Made by a program: the position numbers and the translations under genes. 64,000 nucleotides of DNA from the NCBI GenBank assembly GCA_964016885.1, contig OZ024747.1:32860001-32924000 (forward strand), in the 5' to 3' direction. Position 1 is the first letter of the stretch, and each line of letters begins with the position of its first letter. The DNA is from Eledone cirrhosa. Lineage: Eukaryota. Shown one piece after another: positions 43,201 to 60,300 of this stretch. A model generated the notes under the pieces. That model saw only the letters and a list, made by a program, of their open reading frames with translations. It did no database searches and was not told the DNA's origin.

Positions 43201-46200
43201 ATATATAATTATCACAGTAATACACAGTATATCATTATCAGTGTAATACACAATATATCATTATCAGTGTAATACACAATATATCATTATCCTAGTAATA
43301 AACAATATATAATTATCACAGTAATACACAGTATATCATTATCAGTGTAATACACAATATATCATTATCCCAGTAATACACAATATATCAATATCAGTGT
43401 AATACACAGTATATCATTATCTCAGTAATACACAATAAATCATTATCACAGTAATACACAATATATCATTATCAGTGTAATACACAATATATCATTATCA
43501 CAGTAATACACAGTATATCATTATTAGTGTAATACACAGTATATCATTATCAGAGTAATACACAATATATCATTATCACAGTAATACACAATATATCATT
43601 ATCACAGTAATACACAATATATCATTATCACAGTAATACACAATATATCATTATCACAGAAATACACAATATATCATTATCACAGCAATATATCATTATC
43701 AGTGTAATACACAATATATCATTATCAGTGTAATACACAATATATCATTATCCCAGTAATACACAGTATATCATTATCATTGTAATACACAATATATCAT
43801 TATCAGTGTAATATACAATATATCATTATCCCAGTAATACACAGTATATCATTATCACAGTAATACACTATATCTCATTATCCCAGTAATGCACAGTATA
43901 TCAATATCAGTTTAATGCACAGTATATCATTATCCCAGTAATACACAGTATATCATTAACAGTGTAATACACAGTATACCATTAACAGTGTAATACACTG
44001 TATATCATTAACAGTGTAATACACAATATATCAATATCAGTGTAATATACAGTATATCATTATCACAGTAATATACAATATATCATTATCAGTGTAATAC
44101 ACAGTATATCAATATCAGAGTAATACACACTATATCATTATCACAGTAATACACTATATATCATTATCAGTGTAATACACAATATATCATTAGCACAGTA
44201 ATACACAATATATCATTATAAAAGTAATACACTATATATCATTATCAGGGTAATACACAATATATCATTAGCACAGTAATACACAATATATCATTATCAC
44301 AGAAATACACAATATATCATTATCACAGTAATACACAATATATCATTATCACAGTAATACACAATATATCATTATCAGTGTAATACACAATATATCATTA
44401 TCACAGTAATACACAATATATCGTTATCACAGTAATAGACGGTATATCATTATCAGTTTAATACACAGTATATCATTATCAGTGTAATACACAATATATC
44501 ATTATCACAGTAATACACGGTATATCATTATCAGTGTAATACACAATATATCAATATCAGTGTAATATACAGTATATCATAATCACAGTAATATACAGTA
44601 TATCATTATCAGTGTAATACACAGTATATCAATATCAGAGTAATACACAATATATCATTATCACAGTAATACACAATATATCATTATCACAGTAATACAC
44701 AATATATCATTATCAGTGTAATACACAATATATCATTATCAGTGTAATACACAATATATCAATATCAGTGTAATATACAGTATATCATTATCACAGTAAT
44801 ACACATTATATCATTATCACAGTAATACACCGTATACCATTAACAGTGTAATACACAGTATATCATTAACAGTGTAATACACAATATATCAATATCAGTG
44901 TAATACACAGTATATCATTATCAGTGAAATATACAGTATATCATTATCACAGTAATATACAGTATATCATTTTCAGTGTAATACACAGTATATCATTATC
45001 AGTGTAATATACAGTATATCATTATCACAGTAATACACAGTACATCATTATCCCAGTAATACACAATATATCATTATCACAGTAATACACAATATATCAT
45101 TATCACAGTAGTACACAATATATCATTATCAATGTAATACACAACATATCATTATCCCAGTAATACACAATATATCATTATCACACTAATACACAATATA
45201 TCATTATCACAGTAATACACAGTATATCATTATCAGTGTAATACACAATATATCATTATTACAGTAATCCACAATATATCATAATCAGTGTAATACACAA
45301 TATATTATTATCACAGTAATACACAGTATATCATTATCACAGAAATACACAATATATCATTATCACAGCAATACACAATATATCATTATCAGTGTAATAC
45401 ACAATATATCATTATCAGTGTAATACACAATATATCATTATCCCAATAATACACAATATATCATTTTCACAGTAATACACAGTATATCATTATCAGTGTA
45501 ATACACAATATATCATTATCCCAGTAATACACAATATATCAATATCAGTGTAATACACAGTATATCATTATCTCAGTAATACACAATATATCATTATCAC
45601 AGTAATACACAATATATCATTATCAGTGTAATACACAATATATCATTATCACAGTAATACACAGTATATCATTATCAGTGTAATACACAGTATATCATTA
45701 TCAGAGTAATACACAATATATCATTATCACAGTAATACACAATATATCATTATCACAGTAATACACAATATATCATTATCACAGAAATACACAATATATC
45801 ATTATCAGAGCAATACACAATATATCATTATCAGTGTAATACACAATATATCATTATCAGTGTAATACACAATATATCATTATCCCAGTAATACACAGTA
45901 TATCATTATCACAGTAATACACAATATATCATTATCAGTGTAATATACAATATAACATTATTCCAGGAATATACAGTATATCATTATCACAGTAATACAC
46001 TATATATCATTATCCCAGTAATACACAGTATATCAATATCAGTGTAATACACAGTATATCATTATCAGTGTAATACACAATATATCATTATCACAGTAAT
46101 ACACAGTATATCGTTATCAGTGTAATACACAATATATCATTATCACAGTAATACACAATATATCATTATCACAGAAATACACAATATATCATTATCAGTG

Positions 46201-49200
46201 TAATACACAATATATCATTATCCCAGTAACACACAATATATCATTATCACAGTAATACCCTATATATCATTATCAGGGTAATACACAATATATCATTAGC
46301 ACAGTAATACACAATATATCATTATCACAGAAATACATAATATATCATTATCACAGAAATACACAATATATCATTATCAGTGTAATACACAATATATCAT
46401 TATCCCAGTAATACACAATATATCATTATCACAGTAATACACAATATATCATTATCACAGTAATACACAGTATATCATTATCAGTGTAATACACAATATA
46501 TCATTACCACAGTAATACACAATATATCATTATCAGTGTAATACACAATATATCATTATCACAGTAATACACAGTATATCATTATCACAGAAATACACAA
46601 TATATCATTATCACAGTAATACACGGTATATCATTATCACAGAAATACACAATATATCATTATCAGTGTAATACACAATATATCATTATCAGTGTAATAC
46701 ACAATATATCATTATCCTAGTAATACACAATATATCATTATCACAGTAATACACAGTATATCATTATCAGTGTAATACACAATATATCATTATCCCAGTA
46801 ATACACAATATATCAATATCAGTGTAATACACAGTATATCATTATCTCAGTAATACACAATAAATCATTATCACAGTATTACACAATATATCATTATCAG
46901 TGTAATACACAATATATCATTATCACAGTAATACACAGTATATCATTATCAGTGTAATACACAGTATATCATTATCAGAGTAATACACAATATATCATTA
47001 TCACAGTAATACACAATATATCATTATCACAGTAATACACAATATATCATTATCACAGTAATACACAATATATCATTATCCCAGTAATACACAATATATC
47101 ATTATCACAGTAATACCCTATATATCATTATCAGGGTAATACACAATATATCATTAGCACAGTAATACCCTATATATCATTATCAGGGTAATACACAATA
47201 TATCATTAGCACAGTAATACACAATATATCATTATCCTAGTAATAAACAATATATAATTATCACAGTAATACACAGTATATCATTATCAGTGTAATACAC
47301 AATATATCATTATCAGTGTAATACACAATATATCATTATCCTAGTAATAAACAATATATAATTATCACAGTAATACACAGTATATCATTATCAGTGTAAT
47401 ACACAATATATCATTATCAGTGTAATACACAATATATCATTATCCTAGTAATAAACAATATATAATTATCACAGTAATACACAGTATATCATTATCAGTG
47501 TAATACACAATATATCATTATCCCAGTAATACACAATATATCAATATCAGTGTAATACACAGTATATCATTATCTCAGTAATACACAATAAATCATTATC
47601 ACAGTAATACACAATATATCATTATCAGTGTAATACACAATATATCATTATCACAGTAATACACAGTATATCATTATTAGTGTAATACACAGTATATCAT
47701 TATCAGAGTAATACACAATATATCATTATCACAGTAATACACAATATATCATTATCACAGTAATACACAATATATCATTATCACAGTAATACACAATATA
47801 TCATTATCACAGAAATACACAATATATCATTATCACAGCAATATATCATTATCAGTGTAATACACAATATATCATTATCAGTGTAATACACAATATATCA
47901 TTATCCCAGTAATACACAGTATATCATTATCATTGTAATACACAATATATCATTATCAGTGTAATATACAATATATCATTATCCCAGTAATACACAGTAT
48001 ATCATTATCACAGTAATACACTATATCTCATTATCCCAGTAATGCACAGTATATCAATATCAGTTTAATGCACAGTATATCATTATCCCAGTAATACACA
48101 GTATATCATTAACAGTGTAATACACAGTATACCATTAACAGTGTAATACACTGTATATCATTAACAGTGTAATACACAATATATCAATATCAGTGTAATA
48201 TACAGTATATCATTATCACAGTAATATACAGTATATCATTATCAGTGTAATACACAGTATATCAATATCAGAGTAATACACACTATATCATTATCACAGT
48301 AATACACTATATATCATTATCAGTGTAATACACAATATATCATTAGCACAGTAATACACAATATATCATTATAAAAGTAATACACTATATATCATTATCA
48401 GGGTAATACACAATATATCATTAGCACAGTAATACACAATATATCATTATCACAGAAATACACAATATATCATTATCACAGTAATACACAATATATCATT
48501 ATCACAGTAATACACAATATATCATTATCAGTGTAATACACAATATATCATTATCACAGTAATACACAATATATCATTATCACAGTAATACACGGTATAT
48601 CATTATCAGTTTAATACACAGTATATCATTATCAGTGTAATACACAATATATCATTATCACAGTAATACACGGTATATCATTATCAGTGTAATACACAAT
48701 ATATCAATATCAGTGTAATATACAGTATATCATAATCACAGTAATATACAGTATATCATTATCAGTGTAATACACAGTATATCAATATCAGAGTAATACA
48801 CAATATATCATTATCACAGTAATACACAATATATCATTATCACAGTAATACACAATATATCATTATCAGTGTAATACACAATATATCATTATCAGTGTAA
48901 TACACAATATATCAATATCAGTGTAATATACAGTATATCATTATCACAGTAATACACATTATATCATTATCACAGTAATACACCGTATACCATTAACAGT
49001 GTAATACACAGTATATCATTAACAGTGTAATACACAATATATCAATATCAGTGTAATACACAGTATATCATTATCAGTGAAATATACAGTATATCATTAT
49101 CACAGTAATATACAGTATATCATTTTCAGTGTAATACACAGTATATCATTATCAGTGTAATATACAGTATATCATTATCACAGTAATACACAGTACATCA

Positions 49201-51350
49201 TTATCCCAGTAATACACAATATATCATTATCACAGTAATACACAATATATCATTATCACAGTAGTACACAATATATCATTATCAATGTAATACACAACAT
49301 ATCATTATCCCAGTAATACACAATATATCATTATCACACTAATACACAATATATCATTATCACAGTAATACACAGTATATCATTATCAGTGTAATACACA
49401 ATATATCATTATTACAGTAATCCACAATATATCATAATCAGTGTAATACACAATATATTATTATCACAGTAATACACAGTATATCATTATCACAGAAATA
49501 CACAATATATCATTATCACAGCAATACACAATATATCATTATCAGTGTAATACACAATATATCATTATCAGTGTAATACACAATATATCATTATCCCAAT
49601 AATACACAATATATCATTTTCACAGTAATACACAGTATATCATTATCAGTGTAATACACAATATATCATTATCCCAGTAATACACAATATATCAATATCA
49701 GTGTAATACACAGTATATCATTATCTCAGTAATACACAATATATCATTATCACAGTAATACACAATATATCATTATCAGTGTAATACACAATATATCATT
49801 ATCACAGTAATACACAGTATATCATTATCAGTGTAATACACAGTATATCATTATCAGAGTAATACACAATATATCATTATCACAGTAATACACAATATAT
49901 CATTATCACAGTAATACACAATATATCATTATCACAGAAATACACAATATATCATTATCAGAGCAATACACAATATATCATTATCAGTGTAATACACAAT
50001 ATATCATTATCAGTGTAATACACAATATATCATTATCCCAGTAATACACAGTATATCATTATCACAGTAATACACAATATATCATTATCAGTGTAATATA
50101 CAATATAACATTATTCCAGGAATATACAGTATATCATTATCACAGTAATACACTATATATCATTATCCCAGTAATACACAGTATATCAATATCAGTGTAA
50201 TACACAGTATATCATTATCAGTGTAATACACAATATATCATTATCACAGTAATACACAGTATATCATTATCAGTGTAATACACAATATATCATTATCACA
50301 GTAATACACAATATATCATTATCACAGAAATACACAATATATCATTATCAGTGTAATACACAATATATCATTATCCCAGTAACACACAATATATCGTTAT
50401 CACAGTAATACCCTATATATCATTATCAGGGTAATACACAATATATCATTAGCACAGTAATACACAATATATCATTATCACAGAAATACATAATATATCA
50501 TTATCACAGTAATACACAATATATCATTATCAGTGTAATACACAATATATCATTATCCCAGTAATACACAATATATCATTATCACAGTAATACACAATAT
50601 ATCATTATCACAGTAATACACAGTATATCATTATCAGTGTAATACACAATATATCATTATCAGTGTAATACACAATATATCATTATCACAGTAATACACA
50701 GTATATCATTATCACAGAAATACACAATATATCATTATCACAGTAATACACGGTATATCATTATCACAGAAATACACAATATATCATTATCAGTGTAATA
50801 CACAATATATCATTATCAGTGTAATACACAATATATCATTATCCTAGTAATACACAATATATCATTATCACAGTAATACACAGTATATCATTATCAGTGT
50901 AATACACAATATATCATTATCCCAGTAATACACAATATATCAATATCAGTGTAATACACAGTATATCATTATCTCAGTAATACACAATAAATCATTATCA
51001 CAGTATTACACAATATATCATTATCAGTGTAATACACAATATATCATTATCACAGTAATACACAGTATATCATTATCAGTGTAATACACAGTATATCATT
51101 ATCAGAGTAATACACAATATATCATTATCACAGTAATACACAATATATCATTATCACAGTAATACACAATATATCATTATCACAGTAATACACAATATAT
51201 CATTATCCCAGTAATACACAATATATCATTATCACAGTAATACCCTATATATCATTATCAGGGTAATACACAATATATCATTAGCACAGTAATACCCTAT
51301 ATATCATTATCAGGGTAATACACAATATATCATTAGCACAGTAATACACA
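40270..51350. repeat. Higher-order tandem repeat, 4153-bp unit (160 monomers - 7 nt), about 2.7 copies
   Basis: TTCCAGGAAT at 41808/45961/50114; 7-nt-deleted monomer CACAGCAATATATC at 43681/47834. Boundaries approximate. Confidence 0.85.
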
Positions 51351-54300
51351 ATATATCATTATCACAGAAATACACAATATATCATTATCACAGTAATACA
51401 CAATATATCATTATCAGTGTAATACACAATATATCATTATCCCAGTAATACACAATATATCATTATCACAGTAATACACAATATATCATTATCACAGTAA
51501 TACACATTATATCATTATCAGTGTAATACACAATATATCATTATCACAGTAATACACAATATATCATTATCAGTGTAATACACAATATATCATTATCACA
51601 GTAATACACAGTATATCATTATCACAGAAATACACAATATATCATTATCACAGTAATACACAGTATATCATTATCAGTGTAATACACAATATATCATTAT
51701 CCCAGTAATACACAATATATCAATATCAGTGTAATACACAGTATATCATTATCTCAGTAATACACAATAAATCATTATCACAGTAATACACAATATATCA
51801 TTATCAGTGTAATACACAATATATGATTATCACAGTAATACACAGTATATCATTATCAGTTTAATACACAGTATATCATTATCAGAGTAATACACAATAT
51901 ATCATTATCACAGTAATACACAATATATCATTATCACAGTAATACACAATATATCATTATCACAGTAATACACAATATATCATTATCACAGTAATACACA
52001 ATATATCATTATCACAGAAATACACAATATATCATTATCACAGCAATACACAATATATCATTATCAGTGTAATACACAATATATCATTATCAAGTGTAAT
52101 ACACAATATATCATTATCCCAGTAATACACAGTATATCATTAACACAGTAATACACAATATATCATTATCAGTGTAATACACAATATATCATTATCCCAG
52201 TAATACACAATATATCATTATCACAGTAATACCCTATATATCATTATCAGGGTAATACACAATATATCATTAGTACAGTAATACACAATATATCATTATC
52301 ACAGAAATACACAATATATCATTATCACAGTAATACACAATATATCATTATCACAGTAATACACAATATATCATTATCAATGTAATACACAACATATCAT
52401 TATCCCAGTAATACACAATATATCATTATCACACTAATACACAATATATCATTATCACAGTAATACACAGTATATCATTATCAGTGTAATACACAATATA
52501 TCATTATCACAGTAATCCACAATATATCATTATCAGTGTAATACACAATATATTATTATCACAGTAATACACAGTATATCATTATCACAGAAATACACAA
52601 TATATCATTACCACAGCAATACACAATATATCATTATCAGTGTAATACACAATATATCATTATCCCAATAATACACAATATATCATTATCACAGTAATAC
52701 ACAGTATATCATTATCAGTGTAATACACAATATATCATTATCCCAGTAATACACAATATATCAATATCAGTGTAATACACAGTATATCATTATCTCAGTA
52801 ATACACAATATATCATTATCACAGTAATACACAATATATCATTATCAGTGTAATACACAATATATCATTATCACAGTAATACAGAGTATATCATTATCAG
52901 TGTAATACACAGTATATCATTATGAGAGTAATACACAATATATCATTATCACAGTAATACACAATATATCATTTTCACAGTAATACACAATATATCATTA
53001 TCACAGTAATACACAATATATCATTATCAGTGTAATATACAATATATCATTATTCCAGTAATATACAGTATATCATTATCACAGTAATACACTATATATC
53101 ATTATCCCAGTAATACACAGTATATCAATATCAGTGTAATACACAGTATATCATTATCAAAGTAATACACAGTATATCATTAACAGTGTAATACACAGTA
53201 TACCATTAACAGTGTAATACACAGTATATCATTAACAGTGTAATACACAATATATCAATATCAGTGTAATATACAGTATATCATAATCACAGTAATATAC
53301 AGTATATCATTATCAGTGTAATACACAGTATATCAATATCAGAGTAATACACAATATATCATTATCACAGTAATACACAATATATCATTATCACAGTAAT
53401 ACACAATATATCATTATCAGTGTAATACACAATATATCATTATCAGTGTAATACACAATATATCAATATAAGTGTAATATACAGTATATCATTATCACAG
53501 TAATACACATTATATCATTATCACAGTAATACACCGTATACCATTAACAGTGTAATACACAGTATATCATTAACAGTGTAATACACAATATATCAATATC
53601 AGTGTAATACACAGTATATCATTATCAGTGTAATATACAGTATATCATTATCACAGTAATATACAGTATATCATTTTCAGTGTAATACACAGTATATCAT
53701 TATCAGTGTAATATACAGTATATATAATTATCACAGTAATACACAGTACATCATTATCCCAGTAATACACAATATATCATTATCACAGTAATACACAATA
53801 TATCATTATCACAGTAGTACACAATATATCATTATCAATGTAATACACAACATATCATTATCCCAGTAATACACAATATACCATTATCACACTAATACAC
53901 AATATATCATTATCACAGTAATACACAGTATATCATTATCAGTGTAATACACAATATATCATTATTACAGTAATCCACAATATATCATAATCAGTGTAAT
54001 ACACAATATATTATTATCACAGTAATACACAGTATATCATTATCACAGAAATACACAATATATCATTATCACAGCAATACACAATATATCATTATCAGTG
54101 TAATACACAATATATCATTATCAGTGTAATACACAATATATCATTATCCCAATAATACACAATATATCATTATCACAGTAATACACAGTATATCATTATC
54201 AATGTAATACACAATATATCATTATCCCAGTAATACACAATATATCAATATCAGTGTAATACACAGTATATCATTATCTCAGTAATACACAATATATCAT

Positions 54301-57300
54301 TATCACAGTAATACACAATATATCATTATCAGTGTAATACACAATATATCATTATCACAGTAATACACAGTATATCATTATCAGTGTAATACACAGTATA
54401 TCATTATCAGAGTAATACACAATATATCATTATCACAGTAATACACAATATATCATTATCACAGTAATACACAATATATCATTATCACAGAAATACACAA
54501 TATATCATTATCAGAGCAATACACAATATATCATTATCAGTGTAATACACAATATATCATTATCAGTGTAATACACAATATATCATTATCCCAGTAATAC
54601 ACAGTATATCATTATCACAGTAATACACAATATATCATTATCAGTGTAATATACAATATAACATTATTCCAGGAATATACAGTATATCATTATCACAGTA
54701 ATACACTATATATCATTATCCCAGTAATACACAGTATATCAATATCAGTGTAATACACAGTATATCATTATCAGTGTAATACACAATATATCATTATCAC
54801 AGTAATACACAGTATATCATTATCAGTGTAATACACAATATATCATTATCACAGTAATACACAATATATCATTATCACAGAAATACACAATATATCATTA
54901 TCAGTGTAATACACAATATATCATTATCCCAGTAACACACAATATATCATTATCACAGTAATACCCTATATATCATTATCAGGGTAATACACAATATATC
55001 ATTAGCACAGTAATACACAATATATCATTATCACAGAAATACACAATATATCATTATCACAGTAATACACAATATATCATTATCAGTGTAATACACAATA
55101 TATCATTATCCCAGTAATACACAATATATCATTATCACAGTAATACACAATATATCATTATCACAGTAATACACAGTATATCATTATCAGTGTAATACAC
55201 AATATATCATTATCACAGTAATACATAATATATCATTATCAGTGTAATACACAATATATCATTATCACAGTAATACACAGTATATCATTATCACAGAAAT
55301 ACACAATATATCATTAACACAGTAATACACGGTATATCATTATCACAGAAATACACAATATATCATTATCAGTGTAATACACAATATATCATTATCAGTG
55401 TAATACACAATATATCATTATCCTAGTAATACACAATATATCATTATCACAGTAATACACAGTATATCATTATCAGTGTAATACACAATATATCATTATC
55501 CCAGTAATACACAATATATCAATATCAGTGTAATACACAGTATATCATTATCTCAGTAATACACAATAAATCATTATCACAGTATTACACAATATATCAT
55601 TATCAGTGTAATACACAATATATCATTATCACAGTAATACACAGTATATCATTATCAGTGTAATACACAGTATATCATTATCAGAGTAATACACAATATA
55701 TCATTATCACAGTAATACACAATATATCATTATCACAGTAATACACAATATATCATTATCACAGTAATACACAATATATCATTATCCCAGTAATACACAA
55801 TATATCATTATCACAGTAATACCCTATATATCATTATCAGGGTAATACACAATATATCATTAGCACAGTAATACCCTATATATCATTATCAGGGTAATAC
55901 ACAATATATCATTAGCACAGTAATACACAATATATCATTATCACAGAAATACACAATATATCATTATCACAGTAATACACAATATATCATTATCAGTGTA
56001 ATACACAATATATCATTATCCCAGTAATACACAATATATCATTATCACAGTAATACACAATATATCATTATCACAGTAATACACAGTATATCATTATCAG
56101 TGTAATACACAATATATCATTATCACAGTAATACACAATATATCATTATCAGTGTAATACACAATATATCATTATCACAGTAATACACAGTATATCATTA
56201 TCACAGAAATACACAATATATCATTATCACAGTAATACACAGTATATCATTATCAGTGTAATACACAATATATCATTATCCCAGTAATACACAATATATC
56301 AATATCAGTGTAATACACAGTATATCATTATCTCAGTAATACACAATAAATCATTATCACAGTAATACACAATATATCATTATCAGTGTAATACACAATA
56401 TATCATTATCACAGTAATACACAGTATATCATTATCAGTGTAATACACAGTATATCATTATCAGAGTAATACACAATATATCATTATCACAGTAATACAC
56501 AATATATCATTATCACAGTAATACACAATATATCATTATCACAGTAATACACAATATATCATTATCACAGAAATACACAATATATCATTATCACAGCAAT
56601 ACACAATATATCATTATCAGTGTAATACACAATATATCATTATCAAGTGTAATACACAATATATCATTATCCCAGTAATACACAGTATATCATTAACACA
56701 GTAATACACAATATATCATTATCAGTGTAATATACAATATATCATTATCCCAGTAATACACAGTATATCATTATCACAGTAATACACTATACATCATTAT
56801 CCGAGTAATACACAGTATATCATTATCAGTGTAATACACAATATATCATTATCACAGTAATACACAATATATCATTATCAGTGTAATACACAATATATCA
56901 TTATCACAGAAATACACAATATATCATTATCACAGCAATACACAATATATCATTATCACAGAAATACACAATATATCATTATCAGTGTAATACACAATAT
57001 ATCATTATCCCAGTAATACACAATATATCATTATCACAGTAATACCCTATATATCATTATCAGGGTAATACACAATATATCATTAGTACAGTAATACACA
57101 ATATATCATTATCACAGAAATACACAATATATCATTATCACAGAAATACACAATATATCATTATCACAGTAATACACAATATATCATTATCACAGTAATA
57201 CACAATATATCATTATCAATGTAATACACAACATATCATTATCCCAGTAATACACAATATATCATTATCACACTAATACACAGTATATCATTATCAGTGT

Positions 57301-60300
57301 AATACACAATATATCATTATCACAGTAATCCACAATATATCATTATCAGTGTAATACACAATATATTATTATCACAGTAATACACAGTATATCATTATCA
57401 CAGAAATACACAATATATCATTACCACAGCAATACACAATATATCATTATCAGTGTAATACACAATATATCATTATCAGTGTAATACACAATATATCATT
57501 ATCCCAATAATACACAATATATCATTATCACAGTAATACACAGTATATCATTATCAGTGTAATACACAATATATCATTATCCCAGTAATACACAATATAT
57601 CAATATCAGTGTAATACACAGTATATCATTATCTCAGTAATACACAATATATCATTATCACAGTAATACACAATATATCATTATCAGTGTAATACACAAT
57701 ATATCATTATCACAGTAATACAGAGTATATCATTATCAGTGTAATACACAGTATATCATTATGAGAGTAATACACAATATATCATTATCACAGTAATACA
57801 CAATATATCATTTTCACAGTAATACACAATATATCATTATCACAGTAATACACAATATATCATTATCAGTGTAATATACAATATATCATTATTCCAGTAA
57901 TATACAGTATATCATTATCACAGTAATACACTATATATCATTATCCCAGTAATACACAGTATATCAATATCAGTGTTATACACAGTATATCATTATCAAA
58001 GTAATACACAGTATATCATTAACAGTGTAATACACAGTATACCATTAACAGTGTAATACACAGTATATCATTAACAGTGTAATACACAATATATCAATAT
58101 CAGTGTAATATACAGTATATCATAATCACAGTAATATACAGTATATCATTATCAGTGTAATACACAGTATATCAATATCAGAGTAATACACAATATATCA
58201 TTATCACAGTAATACACAATATATCATTATCACAGTAATACACAATATATCATTATCAGTGTAATACACAATATATCATTATTACAGTAATCCACAATAT
58301 ATCATAATCAGTGTAATACACAATATATTATTATCACAGTAATACACAGTATATCATTATCACAGAAATACACAATATATCATTATCACAGCAATACACA
58401 ATATATCATTATCAGTGTAATACACAATATATCATTATCAGTGTAATACACAATATATCATTATCCCAATAATACACAATATATCATTATCACAGTAATA
58501 CACAGTATATCATTATCAGTGTAATACACAATATATCATTATCCCAGTAATACACAATATATCAATATCAGTGTAATACACAGTATATCATTATCTCAGT
58601 AATACACAATATATCATTATCACAGTAATACACAATATATAATTATCAGTGTAATACACAATATATCATTATCACAGTAATACACAGTATATCATTATCA
58701 GTGTAATACACAGTATATCATTATCAGAGTAATACACAATATATCATTATCACAGTAATACACAATATATCATTATCACAGTAATACACAATATATCATT
58801 ATCACAGAAATACACAATATATCATTATCAGAGCAATACACAATATATCATTATCAGTGTAATACACAATATATCATTATCAGTGTAATACACAATATAT
58901 CATTATCCCAGTAATACACAGTATATCATTATCACAGTAATACACAATATATCATTATCAGTGTAATATACAATATAACATTATTCCAGGAATATACAGT
59001 ATATCATTATCACAGTAATACACTATATATCATTATCCCAGTAATACACAGTATATCAATATCAGTGTAATACACAGTATATCATTATCAGTGTAATACA
59101 CAATATATCATTATCACAGTAATACACAGTATATCATTATCAGTGTAATACACAATATATCATTATCACAGTAATACACAATATATCATTATCACAGAAA
59201 TACACAAGATATCATTATCAGTGTAATACACAATATATCATTATCCCAGTAACACACAATATATCATTATCACAGTAATACCCTATATATCATTATCAGG
59301 GTAATACACAATATATCATTAGCACAGTAATACACAATATATCATTATCACAGAAATACACAATATATCATTATCACAGTAATACACAATATATCATTAT
59401 CAGTGTAATACACAATATATCATTATCCCAGTAATACACAATATATCATTATCACAGTAATACACAATATATCATTATCACAGTAATACACAGTATATCA
59501 TTATCAGTGTAATACACAATATATCATTATCACAGTAATACACAATATATCATTATCAGTGTAATTCACAATATATCATTATCACAGTAATACACAGTAT
59601 ATCATTATCACAGAAATACACAATATATCATTATCACAGTAATACACGGTATATCATTATCACAGAAATACACAATATATCATTATCAATGTAATACACA
59701 ATATATCATTATCAGTGTAATACACAATATATCATTATCCTAGTAATACACAATATATCATTATCACAGTAATACACAGTATATCATTATCAGTGTAATA
59801 CACAATATATCATTATCCCAGTAATACACAATATATCAATATCAGTGTAATACACAGTATATCATTATCTCAGTAATACACAATAAATCATTATCACAGT
59901 AATACACAATATATCATTATCAGTGTAATACACAATATAACATTATCACAGTAATACACAGTATATCATTATCAGTGTAATACACAGTATATCATTATCA
60001 GAGTAATACACAATATATCATTATCACAGTAATACACAATATATCATTATCACAGTAATACACAATATATCATTATCACAGTAATACACAATATATCATT
60101 ATCACAGTAATACACAATATATCATTATCACAGAAATACACAATATATCATTATCACAGCAATACACAATATATCATCATCAGTGTAATACACAATATAT
60201 CATTATCAAGTGTAATACACAATATATCATTATCCCAGTAATACACAGTATATCATTAACACAGTAATACACAATATATCATTATCAGTGTAATATACAA